Source: the human T2T-CHM13v2.0 reference genome, Homo sapiens
Reading direction: 5' to 3' (one strand)
Assembly (NCBI RefSeq): GCF_009914755.1
Contig: NC_060929.1
DNA: 64,000 nucleotides
In this document: one piece after another, positions 1 to 13,972 of the stretch
Layout: each line of letters opens with the position of its first letter
Numbering within the stretch: position 1 is the stretch's first letter
The notes under the pieces: generated by a model
Told to the model about the DNA's origin: nothing
Databases searched by the model: none
What the model saw: the letters and a program-made list of their open reading frames with translations, nothing else
Position numbers and translations under genes: made by a program

Positions 1-137
1 TGTAATGTAAGGGTGTTGATTTTAGATCTTTCCTGCTTTCTCTTGTGGACATTTAGTGCTATAAATTTCCCTCTACACACTGCTTTAAATGTGTCCCAGA
101 GACTCTGGTACATTGTGTCTTTGTTCTCATTGGTTTC
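1..137 (-). mobile_element. L1PA ORF2 fragment (end of an antisense L1 continuing left of the window)
   Basis: Closely similar to L1 sequence at ~61400..61536 in this window. Confidence 0.85.
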
Positions 138-731
138 TTTTTCTGTGGCTAAGATTGATGAGTGATCTATCAAATTTCCTCAGCAGCTTTTCTCTTATTT
201 TAACAGCTGTTGATCATCATTTGCCTAGATCCATTATTTGATCAGGAGTTACACAATGATGGCATTCTAATTCTGTTATTCCTTTTGCATTTATTAGCTG
301 AAATTCTTCTATAAAGAAGACATCTCCCTCCTTAGCTATTTGATAACATTAAAATATAATTCATATGGGAAAGGGAAGATAATATTTAAATTCTTTACCT
401 TAGTCTATTACTTTTAAAGGTCTATTGTATATTTAAGCGTTTTGTATCATATTCACCCATTGTTATAAAATTAAGTATGAATTGAGTCTGTTTTGGTTTC
501 TGTATTGAAAATAATAGAAAGTTCTTATTATCAGATATAATCTAACATAATCCTCATTATATGATGTGCCTCAAGAAGAGTTATGATAATGTAAAACTGA
601 GTGAACATAGACTCCACACTAAGGTTCAAACTGCTAAATGATTATTAGTAAAGTTATAATTGGAGTGATTATATTCCAATATGAATTTGGGGAAAATACA
701 TTTTAATTTTTATTTATTTATTTTTCTACAG

Positions 732-924
732 CTTTTGGACTTCTTGGATCAGCATCCTTTTTCATTTACTCCTCTAATTCAGAGATCACTGGAATTTTCT
801 GTAAGCTATGTTTTTACAGAAGTTGGTGAAGGCGTTACATTTGAACGATTCATTGTCCAATGTATGAATCTTATTAAGATGATTGTCAAAAATTATGCTT
901 ATAAGCCATCCAAAAATTTTGAAG
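732..924 (+). CDS. IPO11: Importin-11 internal coding exon (LLDFLDQHPFSF...KPSKNFE), 193 nt, phase 0 to 1
   Basis: tttttctacAG acceptor, GAAG|GTAATT donor; peptide matches importin-11 as recalled; joins next exon in frame (G|AT = Asp). Confidence 0.95.
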
Positions 925-1640
925 GTAATTCCTTTATTGGCAGTTTAAAAGAATTATTTTAATCTTAAGTGTGATATAATTGCTATAATTACAAACTTTT
1001 TAAAAAATGTCATTTTAGTCTGAAAAATAAATTGTTGCTGGGACATGAAAAAGATATAAGGATTATAGGCTTTAGTATGTTTATACTAGCTTTTAAAAAC
1101 AACATAGTGCATTTAATAAGCCATTTTTTGTAGCACAAATTGGTTGAAGCTTAGGGACTTTAAGAATTAGGTACTATAGTCATCACTGCAGCTCATATTG
1201 TAGGGTGTATTCATTTGAACAAATAAAAGCTTTCTCTGACTTTATATAAAGTGTGATTGTTTCTAGACAGGTTAAATTGTTGTATTATTTGGAATTCATT
1301 CATATGCGTGTGTGCCAAGATGAATGAAGAAGTCTTGGTGGTGGGGGAGAGAGAAACACATGCACACACCCCCCACACCCTCTACATTATGAGGAAGTTA
1401 TTTCAGTATGCCGTGATGGTATTGCATGGTAATATATAAGCTGTAATGCCAGAGGCAAGATTGATGTGAGTGTGTTGTAAGGAAAGAGTATCTTTGAGAT
1501 TTGTTTATAATAAAAATGAAAATTTATACACAAGTGTATCTTCTTCCCTGAGAGTGTATTTTTTATTTATTTAAGTTACATAATCCAATGTAGCTACAAT
1601 GTTTGGCTATACAATTAACTTGGAAATTTCATTTTTCTAG

Positions 1641-1793
1641 ATAGCAGCCCTGAAACTCTTGAAGCCCATAAGATTAAGATGGCATTCTTCACATATCCTA
1701 CTTTGACAGAGATATGTAGAAGATTAGTCTCTCATTATTTCCTATTAACTGAAGAAGAACTGACAATGTGGGAAGAAGACCCAGAAGGCTTTA
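1641..1793 (+). CDS. IPO11: IPO11 coding exon (DSSPETLEAHKIK...WEEDPEGF), 153 nt
   Basis: atttttctAG acceptor, TTTA|GTAAGA donor; contains the WEEDPEGF motif typical of importin-beta family proteins; phase 1 to 1. Confidence 0.95.
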
Positions 1794-3049
1794 GTAAGAA
1801 TTAATTTTTTAGTGTTAGAATGACTTTTCTCCCCTTTCTATAAATATCTGTTTGAGTGATAGGTATAATATTGTATTTTCATACAGCACTTTTGATCTGG
1901 AAATCTTGGTGTTTTAAAATTAACTTACTCTTTCGTTGTTATCCATTAGAACAAATTGAGAAGCAGAAAATGAATGACTTATGCAAATATGTTGTAGAAT
2001 TTTGTCCAGGAAAAGACCTTTTTAGTTTTTGGATTCCTTTACAAATATATCATGTAGTTTCAAACAAAAATATAAAATTAACTCTCTCTTACCCTGTCAG
2101 TTTCTATTTTGTGATTCATTCCATGTTATTTTTTATTTGTAGAAATTCTTGCAAAGAAATTTGGAGGTTTTTGATGAATAGTTTTTTTTTTTTTTTTGGA
2201 CAGGACATCTTTATATCTGTTTGAATTTTAGTACTAGATAGATAAGTAGAATAAGTCTGTTGGGACCCTTGCTATAGAAAATCAAGGAATCATGTGTCTA
2301 ATAAAGTACTTACTTGTATGTGAATTACTTAAGCTATGGTGGGACATAGGCTAGATTTTAGCCTCCCTTTTCTCTTTGGTTGTGTACCCTTGTGTAGTTA
2401 CACGTTTCCTAATATTTTAAGAGTGCCCAAAAGTTTTTGTAATACTTATCTTCGCCATGCTTTTGGTTTTTAAAAGTAATTTTAGTTTTAATACAGGATT
2501 GTACTGTACAACATGTCTTTTCTTGTTTTTTTTTTTGCTTTTTTTGAAACATCTTTTTTCAATTTGCTTTCTTTATATAGTACATACAACATTGTAACAT
2601 AAAGTGTTGAGTCCCTAAATTTTTAAGAGCCCTGAAGTATTTTTCTTTAAATTCAAGAAATTTATGGAGAGTGTGAGTAATCATTGTACCTAGTGAAACA
2701 TGATTACTGTATTGAAATGAAATGATTCTCAGAATTCTAGTGATATTGGATCAGGTGATAGCAGATACCCTGGAAATGACAACTACTTTGAGCTTTTTTC
2801 CATAAAGAATTTTTATCGAAAATGAGAATGCTTATGGATATAGTAAGCACTTAATAGACGACTGTGAGATACACAACTGTGATCTGTAGCATATAGTAAC
2901 AAAATCTGTGTAAGGCCTGTGTTCCCAAGGATTTGCTCTTAATGTTATGTTTAAAAGAGTTCACAAAAATATTATACTGATGTTATTAAAATCTTTGTTT
3001 TCTAAACCAAGATGTTGAAAATGTCATTATTACATATTTTTAATTGCAG

Positions 3050-3093
3050 CAGTGGAAGAAACAGGAGGAGATTCTTGGAAATATAGTTTGAGG
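3050..3093 (+). CDS. IPO11: IPO11 coding exon (TVEETGGDSWKYSLR), 44 nt, NAGNAG acceptor
   Basis: ttgCAG|CAG acceptor, AGG|GTAAGT donor; phase 1 to 0. Confidence 0.93.
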
Positions 3094-3188
3094 GTAAGTA
3101 TTAATTGCAAGAAAAATTGATAGGGGAAAGCTTAATCTTTCTAAAGCTCTTAGTAGAGAATGACACTCTATTAAAGATTCCAGACATT

Positions 3189-3500
3189 TGCTGGGCATGG
3201 TGGCTCACACTTTAATCCTAGCACTTTGGGAAGCCAAGGTGGGAGGATCGCTTGAGGCCAGAAATTCAAGACCGGCCTGGTAAACATAGTGAGACCCTGT
3301 CTCTGCAAAAAGTAAAAAAAGGAAAAAAAAATTAGACCAGAGTGGTGGCGCATACCTGTAGTCCCAACTCTTCAGGAATCTGAGGCAGGAGGATTGTTTG
3401 AGCCCAGGAGGTTGAGGCTGCCGTGTGCCATGATGATGCCACTGCGTTCTAGCCTGGATTACAAAGCAAAACCCGTCTCTTAAAAAAAAAAAAAAAAAAA
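3189..3500 (+). mobile_element. Alu (J-like) with TSD ttaaagattcc..acatt
   Basis: Dimeric Alu with A-tail; TSD copies at 3171 and 3501. Confidence 0.92.
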
Positions 3501-3593
3501 TTAAAGATTCCCAACATTAAGTCAGACAGATAAGAAACTGTTTATAAGAAACTAAGAACTATATTCATATTAAATTATGACGTTTAATCTGAG

Positions 3594-3910
3594 TTTTTTT
3601 TCTTTTTTCTTTTTCTTTTTTTTTTTTTTTGAGACAGAATCTCACTCTGTTGCCCAGGCTGGAGTGCACTGGTGCATCTCGGCTCACTGCAAGCTCCGCC
3701 CCCTGGGTTCATGCCATTCTCCTGCCTCAGCCTCCCGAGTAGCTGGGAATACAGGCGCCCGCCACCACGCCCAGCTAATTTTTTGTTTATTTAGTAGAGA
3801 CGGGGTTTCATCTTGTTAGCCAGGTTGGTCTCGATCTCCTGACCTCGTGAGCCACCCGCCTCGGCCTCCCTAAGTGCTGGGATTACAGGCGTGAGCCACT
3901 GTGCCTGGCC
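3594..3910 (-). mobile_element. Alu (Y-like)
   Basis: T-tract then GAGACAGAATCTC...GCAAGCTCCGCC...; CpG-rich. Confidence 0.92.
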
Positions 3911-4809
3911 TTTTCTTTTGTTTAACTTGGGGTCGGAAAACAAATTTTTTCTTCATCTTTTAGTACATTGCTTGGGAAATAATTGTCATTACACAAATAG
4001 AAAATGTTTGTCAAACTGAAAGCTGCCATTCTTAAGCTAGAATTTTTTCCTTCTATATATTTCATTAGTAAAGTTTCTTTTGGTATGTTATTTCTCTTAC
4101 CACTTCATGTGATTCTCAGAGACTAGCCCATTGCTTTCAGTTATAGGATACTTTTACAACGCATTTATTAATATGACAAATGTTTTGCCGTTACCAGATG
4201 TGATGTTTGAGCTCTTCTTTTTAAGATTTGCACTTACATAATTTACATAATTAGCTATTTGTCTTCTAAAAATGTTATCTTTAATGTTTTTAGATTCATA
4301 AACATACAGTTGTTAACCAGAGAGATTACTGGTGATTTTAAAACTTTAAAAAATTTCATTCCTTTAATTTTTAAAAGTTTCTTTTATGGAGAAGTTTAAA
4401 CATATTAAAAAATAGAATAATATAATGAGCCCTTCATGATAAGCTAGTTTATTAGTTATCAACTCATGGCTACTTTAGCTTCCTGTAAACATCTCCCAGT
4501 GTTGATGGTTATCTGAGATGACACATCCTCTGACCATATTTCAGTGTGTATATTTATAATGTTCCTTTTAAAACACCACACAATACCTTAAAAATTTAAT
4601 TAAAAAATTTAAATATTGTGAACGATCTAGTGATTAAATTCCTTTTTAAAATTTAAATAAAAAATTATTTTAAAAAATTTTTTGTGGGTACATAGTAGGT
4701 GTACATATTTATGGGGTACATGAGATGTTTTGATACCAGCATGCAATGTGAAATGATTCAGTACTTTTAAGAACCAAACAAATCATTTTTTTAAATGTAG
4801 CTAATGCTA

Positions 4810-5097
<288 letters not shown>

Positions 5098-5401
5098 TTA
5101 AATTTAAGGTATGATTAATTTAAAATGTACACTTTGCTTGCCATAGTTTTAAGTTTTTGAATGCGTAATGACAAATAATTGAAATGAAATCAACTTTCTT
5201 TTATTAATTATAATTCGATTTTGTTTTCCTTTGTGTTGGTTATAAAAAAATGGTAACCTTACTTTTTTTTTTTAACAAATCAAAAGTTGGAAACATTTTC
5301 AAAGTTTTAGAATTTTAAGATTAAGTATTTGCTTTATTAAAGAATTAGTCAATATAGTATGCAACTGTTTTGATGAGAAATTTGTATTTTTCCCTCTCCA
5401 G

Positions 5402-5492
5402 CCATGCACTGAAGTATTATTTATAGATATATTCCATGAATATAATCAGACTCTTACTCCTGTACTTCTAGAAATGATGCAAACACTTCAAG
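5402..5492 (+). CDS. IPO11: IPO11 coding exon (PCTEVLFIDIFHEY...MQTLQ), 91 nt
   Basis: tttttccctctccAG acceptor, AAG|GTAAGG donor; phase 0 to 1. Confidence 0.95.
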
Positions 5493-6351
5493 GTAAGGCA
5501 TATTTTGTGATTAACTTTGAGTTAATCTCTTTAACGTTTAGTTAAGAAATAGTCTGAGTGCCTACAATGCATACTGTACTGTTTCCTGGGTCATATAATA
5601 AATATGAATTTGAGAAAAACAATTTTAAAACTTATTATCTTCCAAGGGGGTGGCATTTGAGATAGGCCTTGAATTATAGTTTGGACGATGATAAATTTTC
5701 CTGTAGTAAATACAATAGAAGCAAAAGCAAAACAGTAGTCATACTGCTTGCAGAAAGTCTATCTGGAGCGTGTTGTGAGAAATAGTGAGAAAAGGTTAAA
5801 ATAGTGTTAGCCTCTCTTAGAATGGTGGCAGTGGGAATGGAAATAATTGATTATGGATTTGAGAGAAAATGATGATGTAAATTTTTGACACTTGGTCATT
5901 ACACTTTGTACACAAGTAACTAATTATCTGCCTATTAACTAACATTGATTTATGATTTCTGTCTTTTCTGCTAGACTGTAAGTCCTAGGGGCATTGATCA
6001 CGTCTGTTTTGTTTATATTTTATTCCCAGTGCTGGGCATATTCAGTAACTATTGTTACTTGATTGACTTTTAGCAACCGATTGAATGTGCTAGGCAAGGA
6101 AAAGTGATCAAAGATGATCCTAAACTTTTGAGCCTTAATGACAAGGAAACAGTTACCTCATTAGAAGTGGTAGGAGATAGAGATATACTTTCGGAGTGCA
6201 TGTATGTAAGGAGCCTTGGGAAAAGAAAAGAGGATCTTAAGGACAGAACCTGAGATTTTCACCTATAGGGATATGAGTAAATAAAAGCCTTGTAAAAATG
6301 CCAGGTGTAGTGGTGTATCCTAGAGAAGAGCATGTTGTCAGAATGAGTGTT

Positions 6352-6648
6352 GGCCAGGCATGGTGACTCACGCCTGTAATTCCAGCACTTTGGGAGGCTG
6401 AGGTGGGCAGATCACTTGAGCCCAGGAGTCCCAGACCAGCCTGGACAACATGGCAAAAACCTGTCGCTACAAAAATTAGGAAAATTAGCTGGGCCTGGTG
6501 GTTAGTACCTGTAGTCCTAGCTATTCAGAAGGCTGAGGTTGGAGGATCATTTGAGCGCAGGAGGATGAGGCTGCAGTGAACTGAGAAAACCTCACTCCAC
6601 TGTACTCCAGCCTGGGTGACAAAGCAAGACCTTGTCTCAAAAAAAATA
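6352..6648 (+). mobile_element. Alu (J-like)
   Basis: GGCCAGGCATGGTG...GTCTC plus A-tail. Confidence 0.9.
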
Positions 6649-6932
6649 ATTTTGTGGTATATAGCACATTAGCATTTTGTGGTGTATATTTTCTAGAATA
6701 TTGCTTGTCATAACATTTTTCAAATATGCTATAATGGTTTTTAATCCTGTGTTCTCTAATGATAATCATAAAACTTAGACTTTCCCTTTGTACTTGTGTC
6801 CATTTTTGACACCATGAAATGTGTTATACTTAATTGAATTGGGAAACTAACAAATTGTGTTTAAATATAAATTTTTTAAAAAACTAGTTTTATTTGCTTT
6901 TACTGATACCTATTTATATATATATTTTTTAG

Positions 6933-6980
6933 GACCCACAAATGTGGAAGATATGAATGCACTGTTAATCAAAGATGCTG
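6933..6980 (+). CDS. IPO11: IPO11 coding exon (GPTNVEDMNALLIKDA), 48 nt
   Basis: ttttttAG acceptor, CTG|GTATGT donor; phase 1 to 1. Confidence 0.93.
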
Positions 6981-7009
6981 GTATGTTAAACTTAAGTGAT
7001 TTAGAAGCA

Positions 7010-7470
7010 TTTATTTATTCAGTAGATGGAGAGTCTGTTTTGTGGTAGATTTTGTGCTGAGGGTGTTGAGATACAAGAGTAACTAAAATACAGGAACAAT
7101 CTGATTGGGGAGATAACCAAGTAAACAGATAATGTATTATAATAATACTATACAGGATAGTTAATGCTAAAGTAGGTGATGATCACCAGATAGTTTGGTG
7201 TGTCTAAGGAAAGATTCCCAAAGAAGTGTAATGGAAGAACACAAGGATAAGTAGGAGTTACACGTGTGAGGAGGTGGTGGTGGAAAGAGGGTGTTGCATT
7301 CCAGGGAGATGGAGCAATAAGTACAAAGACTTGAAGGAAAGAGGAGGAAGCACAGTTAGAATTTGAATTGTGACTATTTTGGTTTAACTGGAACATTGGG
7401 GTTAAAGGTTGAGTTGAGGCTGGAGAGAGTTAAGTAGGGACCAGATCATAAAATATTACATCCATTTTAG
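7010..7470 (-). mobile_element. Degraded LINE-2 fragment
   Basis: Purine-rich L2-like motifs (gcatttatt...tgtgctgagggtgttgagataca); boundaries approximate. Confidence 0.5.
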
Positions 7471-7745
7471 AAGCAGGCATTATTTTATAATTTTTATAGT
7501 TGGACTTAAATATTTTAGAATGAATTGAATTATCTGTTTGAAAGTAGTAAGGAATATTTAGGAAAAACATGAAGTAAAATAGTGTTTCTAAAATAAATTA
7601 TTTCTTCTACTTAAATTATTTCTACTTAAATAATTTCCCTGATTAGCATATTGTGTGTTTCCTTTAATTAACATATGTTTCATACACTCATTTGCAGATC
7701 TGATATCTGAAACCTTTAATTTTTTTTCTTAAATTTTCTTCTCAG

Positions 7746-7851
7746 TGTATAATGCTGTTGGATTAGCTGCTTATGAGCTCTTTGACAGTGTTGATTTTGA
7801 TCAGTGGTTTAAAAACCAGCTTCTTCCAGAATTACAAGTCATTCACAATAG
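7746..7851 (+). CDS. IPO11: IPO11 coding exon (VYNAVGLAAYELFDSVDFDQWFKNQLLPELQVIHNR), 106 nt, followed by a GC donor
   Basis: ttttcttctcAG acceptor, AG|GCAAGT donor; phase 2 joins G at 11629 to give AGG (Arg). Confidence 0.93.
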
Positions 7852-8397
7852 GCAAGTATAAAATTTTATATTTATTATACACTTACTTTACCTTATTTAT
7901 TTTATTAATGAAGACAGGAAGGCATTAAAATGGCTTACAATTTAAAAAATGCAATCGTATAAGTTAGGTAATGTCTTATGTGGAAAGGAATAAGAATTTT
8001 GACATCTAGGAAGTATTTGATATATCAGGTAGTTTGCAGGAGAAAAGGAGGACTTTATGCAAAGATGAGGGAGGATGGAGGTCTCTGAGTTCAAGAAACT
8101 ATGCCTAAGAAAAAGACAGTTCGAAACTTAGCAGGATGTATGCCTAGTGTCAGAAGTAGCCTAATCAAAGTAACATCTGTGAAAGATGAATGTCTTGGGA
8201 TCACATAATGCATACTGCAAGTCTCTGGGGAGACGGTAGAGTAGGATATAGAGACATCATGGCAAAAATATTTGAATACCCTTTCTAAGTTCTAATTGAG
8301 GTACCTAATTAAATAGTACAGATTCATATTACATTTAGTAATATGAATTATGAAATGAATTAATTTAGTACATTTAATAGCACATTTGCCCAATTCT

Positions 8398-8602
<205 letters not shown>

Positions 8603-9104
8603 TAGGTATTGAATGCATAAAATGAAAGGAAAAACCTCTTTCATAGTTTATAAAATTATTTCTTAGTTTAAAATTGGAGAATTTGAAAAAATTCTAAGGG
8701 GCTTTTTTCTTAATTTGAAGGATACACTTCTACTGATTCACTTCAGTATACCTGGGGCCTATCAGAATACTTAGCATATAGTCATAGATAGTTAATATTT
8801 GTTGACTAAACTAATGAATGCATAGGTCACATTTAGAGCCACAGAATTTGTAGAGCTGGAGATACTCTAAAAGTAATTCTTAACAGTAAGTAGCTGTTTA
8901 TCTCTTCAGTTATTCAATCATTTATTCAGTTAACATATATTTTTAACACTTGGAATTTGCCATGTCCTATAGGCGGTGTTAAATAAAATAGACTCTGACT
9001 TAGTCTCAGGGAGCTAGTGAGCCTTTGATGGAGAGAAAGCTTTCATTGGCGAAACAAATGTGCAGTTTAGTTGTCCTTAAACCCTAGAGGCTATTTAGTG
9101 TAAG

Positions 9105-9657
<553 letters not shown>

Positions 9658-10164
9658 ATGTAGACCAGTGTTTCTCAAACTTTAATGTACATATGAGTCA
9701 CCTGGTAATCTTGTTAAAGTTTAGGTTTTGACTTAGTAGGTCTGGGAAAAATCAAGCAATGCACACATTAAATAGCAAAGTGATCTATACTTTTACTTCT
9801 GTTTGGATGTGTCTATGAGTTTGGAATTTTACCTTTCTGAGTTTCATATTCTTTATCTGGAACAGAGTCTAATATGGTCTTAGTCCCAAAATTGATGGTT
9901 CTTTGGTGCTTTTACCTCACTCTACACAAGTTGTTACTTCTGCCTCTGTCACTTGGTTCAAACAGTTTCTGTCCCTTGAAATGACATTTTTCCACCCTTT
10001 GGCTCCAATATTGTTTATCTCAAAGACTTGCTCAGATTCCGTCTGTCTCTGCCCATTTCTTCTCTTCCTTTTCTAAAGTCCTAGTACACTACTTTGTGTT
10101 TTTAAATTCCTTTAGGTGTGTTATAAACTTCTTGGGGGCAGGGAATACTTACATACTTTTTTTT

Positions 10165-10468
10165 GTAACTTTATTTATGTTATTTAATTTTTGAGATGGG
10201 GTCTCACTTTGTCACCCAGGCTAGAGTGCAGTGCCATGATGTTGGCCCACTGCAATCTCTGCTTCCTGGGCTCAAGTGATCCTCCCACCTCTGCCTCCTG
10301 AGCAGCTGGGACCACGATGTGTGCCACCATGCCCAGCTATTTTTGTGTAGTTTTGGTAGGGTTTTATCATATTGGCCAGGCTGGTCTCAAACTCCTGAGC
10401 TCAAGCCATCTGCCCACCTCAGCCTCCCAAATGCTGGGATTACAGGTGTAAGCCACTGCACCCGGCCC
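10165..10468 (-). mobile_element. Alu (J-like)
   Basis: Dimeric antisense Alu. Confidence 0.9.
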
Positions 10469-11203
10469 AGTTTTTGCAACTTTAATGAGCAGTTTTTTCC
10501 TGTGTGCTTGATCATCTTTTAAAATTGCAATTTTTTGGGAAAAAAAAAAGTGTTTCATTTATACCCAGAAATATTTATCATCTTGCCACTAAAATTTACA
10601 TAATATCAAAAAGGTACTTCATGAGTGAAATTCTTGGACACAAATGTTTTGAACTGCATGATTTTTCTCCTTACCTGAACTTTGATTTCTTTTAGCGAAG
10701 ATGATGAGAGAAAGAAAGAAATGTATATATGTGCTACTGTAAATGTTTTGCCAGTGTTAATATATGTTATTTTGGTAATCTGAGTCACATTCTGTTATTG
10801 TGTACCTCTTACAAAATTAGCTTAGTTGAAATCACAAAATTTATATGAAAGTTTTATATAAGCCTAGAAGTTTCTTACATTGTTCTGAAAATAATCTTCA
10901 TAGTATTAACAGAATTGGAGTAGAAAATTACATACAGGAGCTTCTTTATTATTATTTTTGGGGACCTTTCCAGTTTTAGAGTTTGGGGCATTGCCACTGT
11001 TTTTGGTTACTTGAGCTAAAACCAAATGGATTTGGTTTTTATGAAACATACCTACATTGCGGTTCTTTAAGATAAAAGAGTCAGGATTACAACATATATG
11101 CCTAGGAATTTTTAAGTACTAAAAGTTTTAATAATATTTATTTAGATCAAGACTTCATTGTTAATATTTTGTACTGTGGTACATTTAGAAGTAGGCTTTA
11201 AGC

Positions 11204-11496
11204 TTTTTTTTTTTTTTGACAGAGCCTTGATCTGTTGCCTAGGCTGGAGTGCAGTGGCACAATCTTGGCTTATTGCCAACCTCTGTCTCTTGGGTTTCAA
11301 GGGATTCTCATGCCTCAGACTTCCAAGAAGCTGGGACCACAGGTGCATGCCACCACGCCCTGCTAATTTTTGTATTTTTAGTAGAGATGGGGTTTCACCA
11401 TGTTGCCCAGATTGGTCTTCAACTCCTGGCCTCAAGTGATTTGCCCTCCTTGGCATTCCAAAGTGCTGCGATTATAAGCATGAGCCAGCACACCTG
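11204..11496 (-). mobile_element. Alu with TSD gcttttaagcttt
   Basis: Antisense Alu ~130 nt upstream of exon 11629. Confidence 0.9.
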
Positions 11497-11628
11497 CTTT
11501 TAAGCTTTTATATTAAAAATGCAGATTGCATTCTTACTACATTTTAGATTTAAATGATAAATTATACTAAAAGAAATAGACCTCTTAAAATATTTAACAT
11601 TTTAATTTCATGATTTTTTCCTGTTTAG

Positions 11629-11755
11629 GTATAAGCCATTGCGACGCAGGGTGATTTGGCTCATCGGTCAGTGGATTTCTGTGAAATTCAAGTCTGACTT
11701 AAGACCCATGCTTTATGAAGCAATCTGTAACTTGCTTCAAGATCAAGATTTAGTG
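11629..11755 (+). CDS. IPO11: IPO11 coding exon (YKPLRRRVIWLIGQW...QDQDLV), 127 nt
   Basis: ttttttcctgtttAG acceptor, GTG|GTATGT donor; phase 2 to 0. Confidence 0.95.
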
Positions 11756-13097
11756 GTATGTTTCTTAAGTGCCTTAAAAGAGTTAGTTTTTAAAGTTTCA
11801 TCTGTGCAAATCATCAAGTTCACAACAGTTTATGTCTTTTCTTTATGATGTTTATGGCCTTTCACTGCACTAGTTATTCCTTGGTGAGCAGTTTGATTTG
11901 AGGGTAGAAAATCTTTTGATTCTTGTTTGCCCTTCCCATTACTAGTCATTGAAAAAAAAATTAAGCTCTACTATTATAAAGTAATTTATAATTTCTTAGA
12001 AAAAAAGGCAGTTTTAAAAAATCCCTTTATAGCTTACATATTCTTTTTAAAAATCAGGATAGACTTTGGCATTGAAATAGCATCATAATTTATTTCATCT
12101 TTACTGTTGATTCTTTGTCCCTCATTTTGAGAATTTTTTTTAAGCCTTTGGAATTATTGGGCTCTTTTAAGGAATTTTTCTTTCTTTATGGTATTCATAT
12201 ATTATTGTTGATTTTGTTACTGAGAACTTGATAGTAAGCTCTTCATTGCTTTTTCCCCCTTCAAAGCAGTAGGTTTGCTGCTTTATTATAAAATTACTGA
12301 AATAGTAGTAGTAATTTTACAGGCGTATGATTTTAAGAAGTTTAAATTGTAAAGAATAGTTTTCTTTCTTTTTTCCTACTGGTGCTTTACTGTATGCCTG
12401 GGTGAATATATTAGTGACTTAATATACATGTTCGCTGTCTTTTCCTGATTTTCAATTTGTTTTAGGTAAAATTAAGTGATTTTTTTTTTCTCCCCTGAGT
12501 TGTGCTAAGATCTTTTTTAATCATTTCTCAGTCTCCCTCCCTTTACCCCCCCAAATTTTATTTTTAGTTTGAACCCACCTGGTTTTTGCCTGTCAGCAGA
12601 GGTTTGGACTGTACTTCCCTTTTTTACATATGCTGACATAAAGAAAGCTACATGTAGTGTTCACTAAAGGAAAGCTTAAATAGGTGAATTTGTTACAGAA
12701 ACACAATACATTCCAAAGGCAAATAGAACTGATCTTTGGATTTTCTACCTAAGTATTATCTGCTTTGTGTAAATAATTTGAGAATTTAAGTACCATTCTG
12801 TAATTATTAAATACTATAAGCATGGGAAGTTACAAGAGAGCCTTGTGGTATTTTACTGGGTTTACATTCTTAGAAATTTATTAATATAACTTAGCTACTT
12901 CTAAAATTTCTATTTGCTAAAATTAATTTTCTTCTGTAATAACTTTAGAATAAAGCATAAGATTTAAATTTTTGCTTTCCTAGTTGGAAATATTTGCCCT
13001 TCTGTCAAAGAGAAGATATTAAATGATTTATGGATGTGTTACAAAAGGGTTAAATTTCAATTAAGTTTTCTTTGGGAAATAGAGAAATTGCTTGGAG

Positions 13098-13401
13098 TTT
13101 TTCTTTTTTCTGTTTTGTTTTGGGAGACTGAGTCTCTCTTTTTTGCCTCGGTTGCAGTGCAGTGATACTATCACGGCTCATTGTAGCCTCAATGTCCTGG
13201 GCTTAGCTGATCCTCCCACCTCAGCCTCCCAGGTATCTGGGACTATATGCACCACAACGCCTGGCTGATTTTTCTGTTTTTTGTAGAGATGGTATGTTGC
13301 CACATTGCCCAGGCTGGTCTTGAACACCTGGACTCAAACGATTCACCCACCTCAGCCTCCCAAAGTGTTGGGATTATAGGCGTGAGCCACTGCACTGGGC
13401 C
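13098..13401 (-). mobile_element. Alu (J-like), TSD gaaattgcttgg
   Basis: Antisense Alu with a direct repeat on both flanks. Confidence 0.88.
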
Positions 13402-13639
13402 CCGAAATTGCTTGGGTCTTAGACTTGTTTTATAATGAGTCTATTAAAAAAGGAAAGAGAAAAATGAATTATTTCAGCCAGCACCTTAAAAACAGAACAT
13501 TAATTCTACCAGATATCAACAAGTGTAACTGGAGAGAAAGGGATTCATGGCCAGATAAGTTTGGAAGACTCTGAAATAAATATTCAAATGGGCCTCTTAG
13601 TTAGGCAACTGGTCAGAGTCTTTAAAAATGTGCATTTGT

Positions 13640-13972
<333 letters not shown>

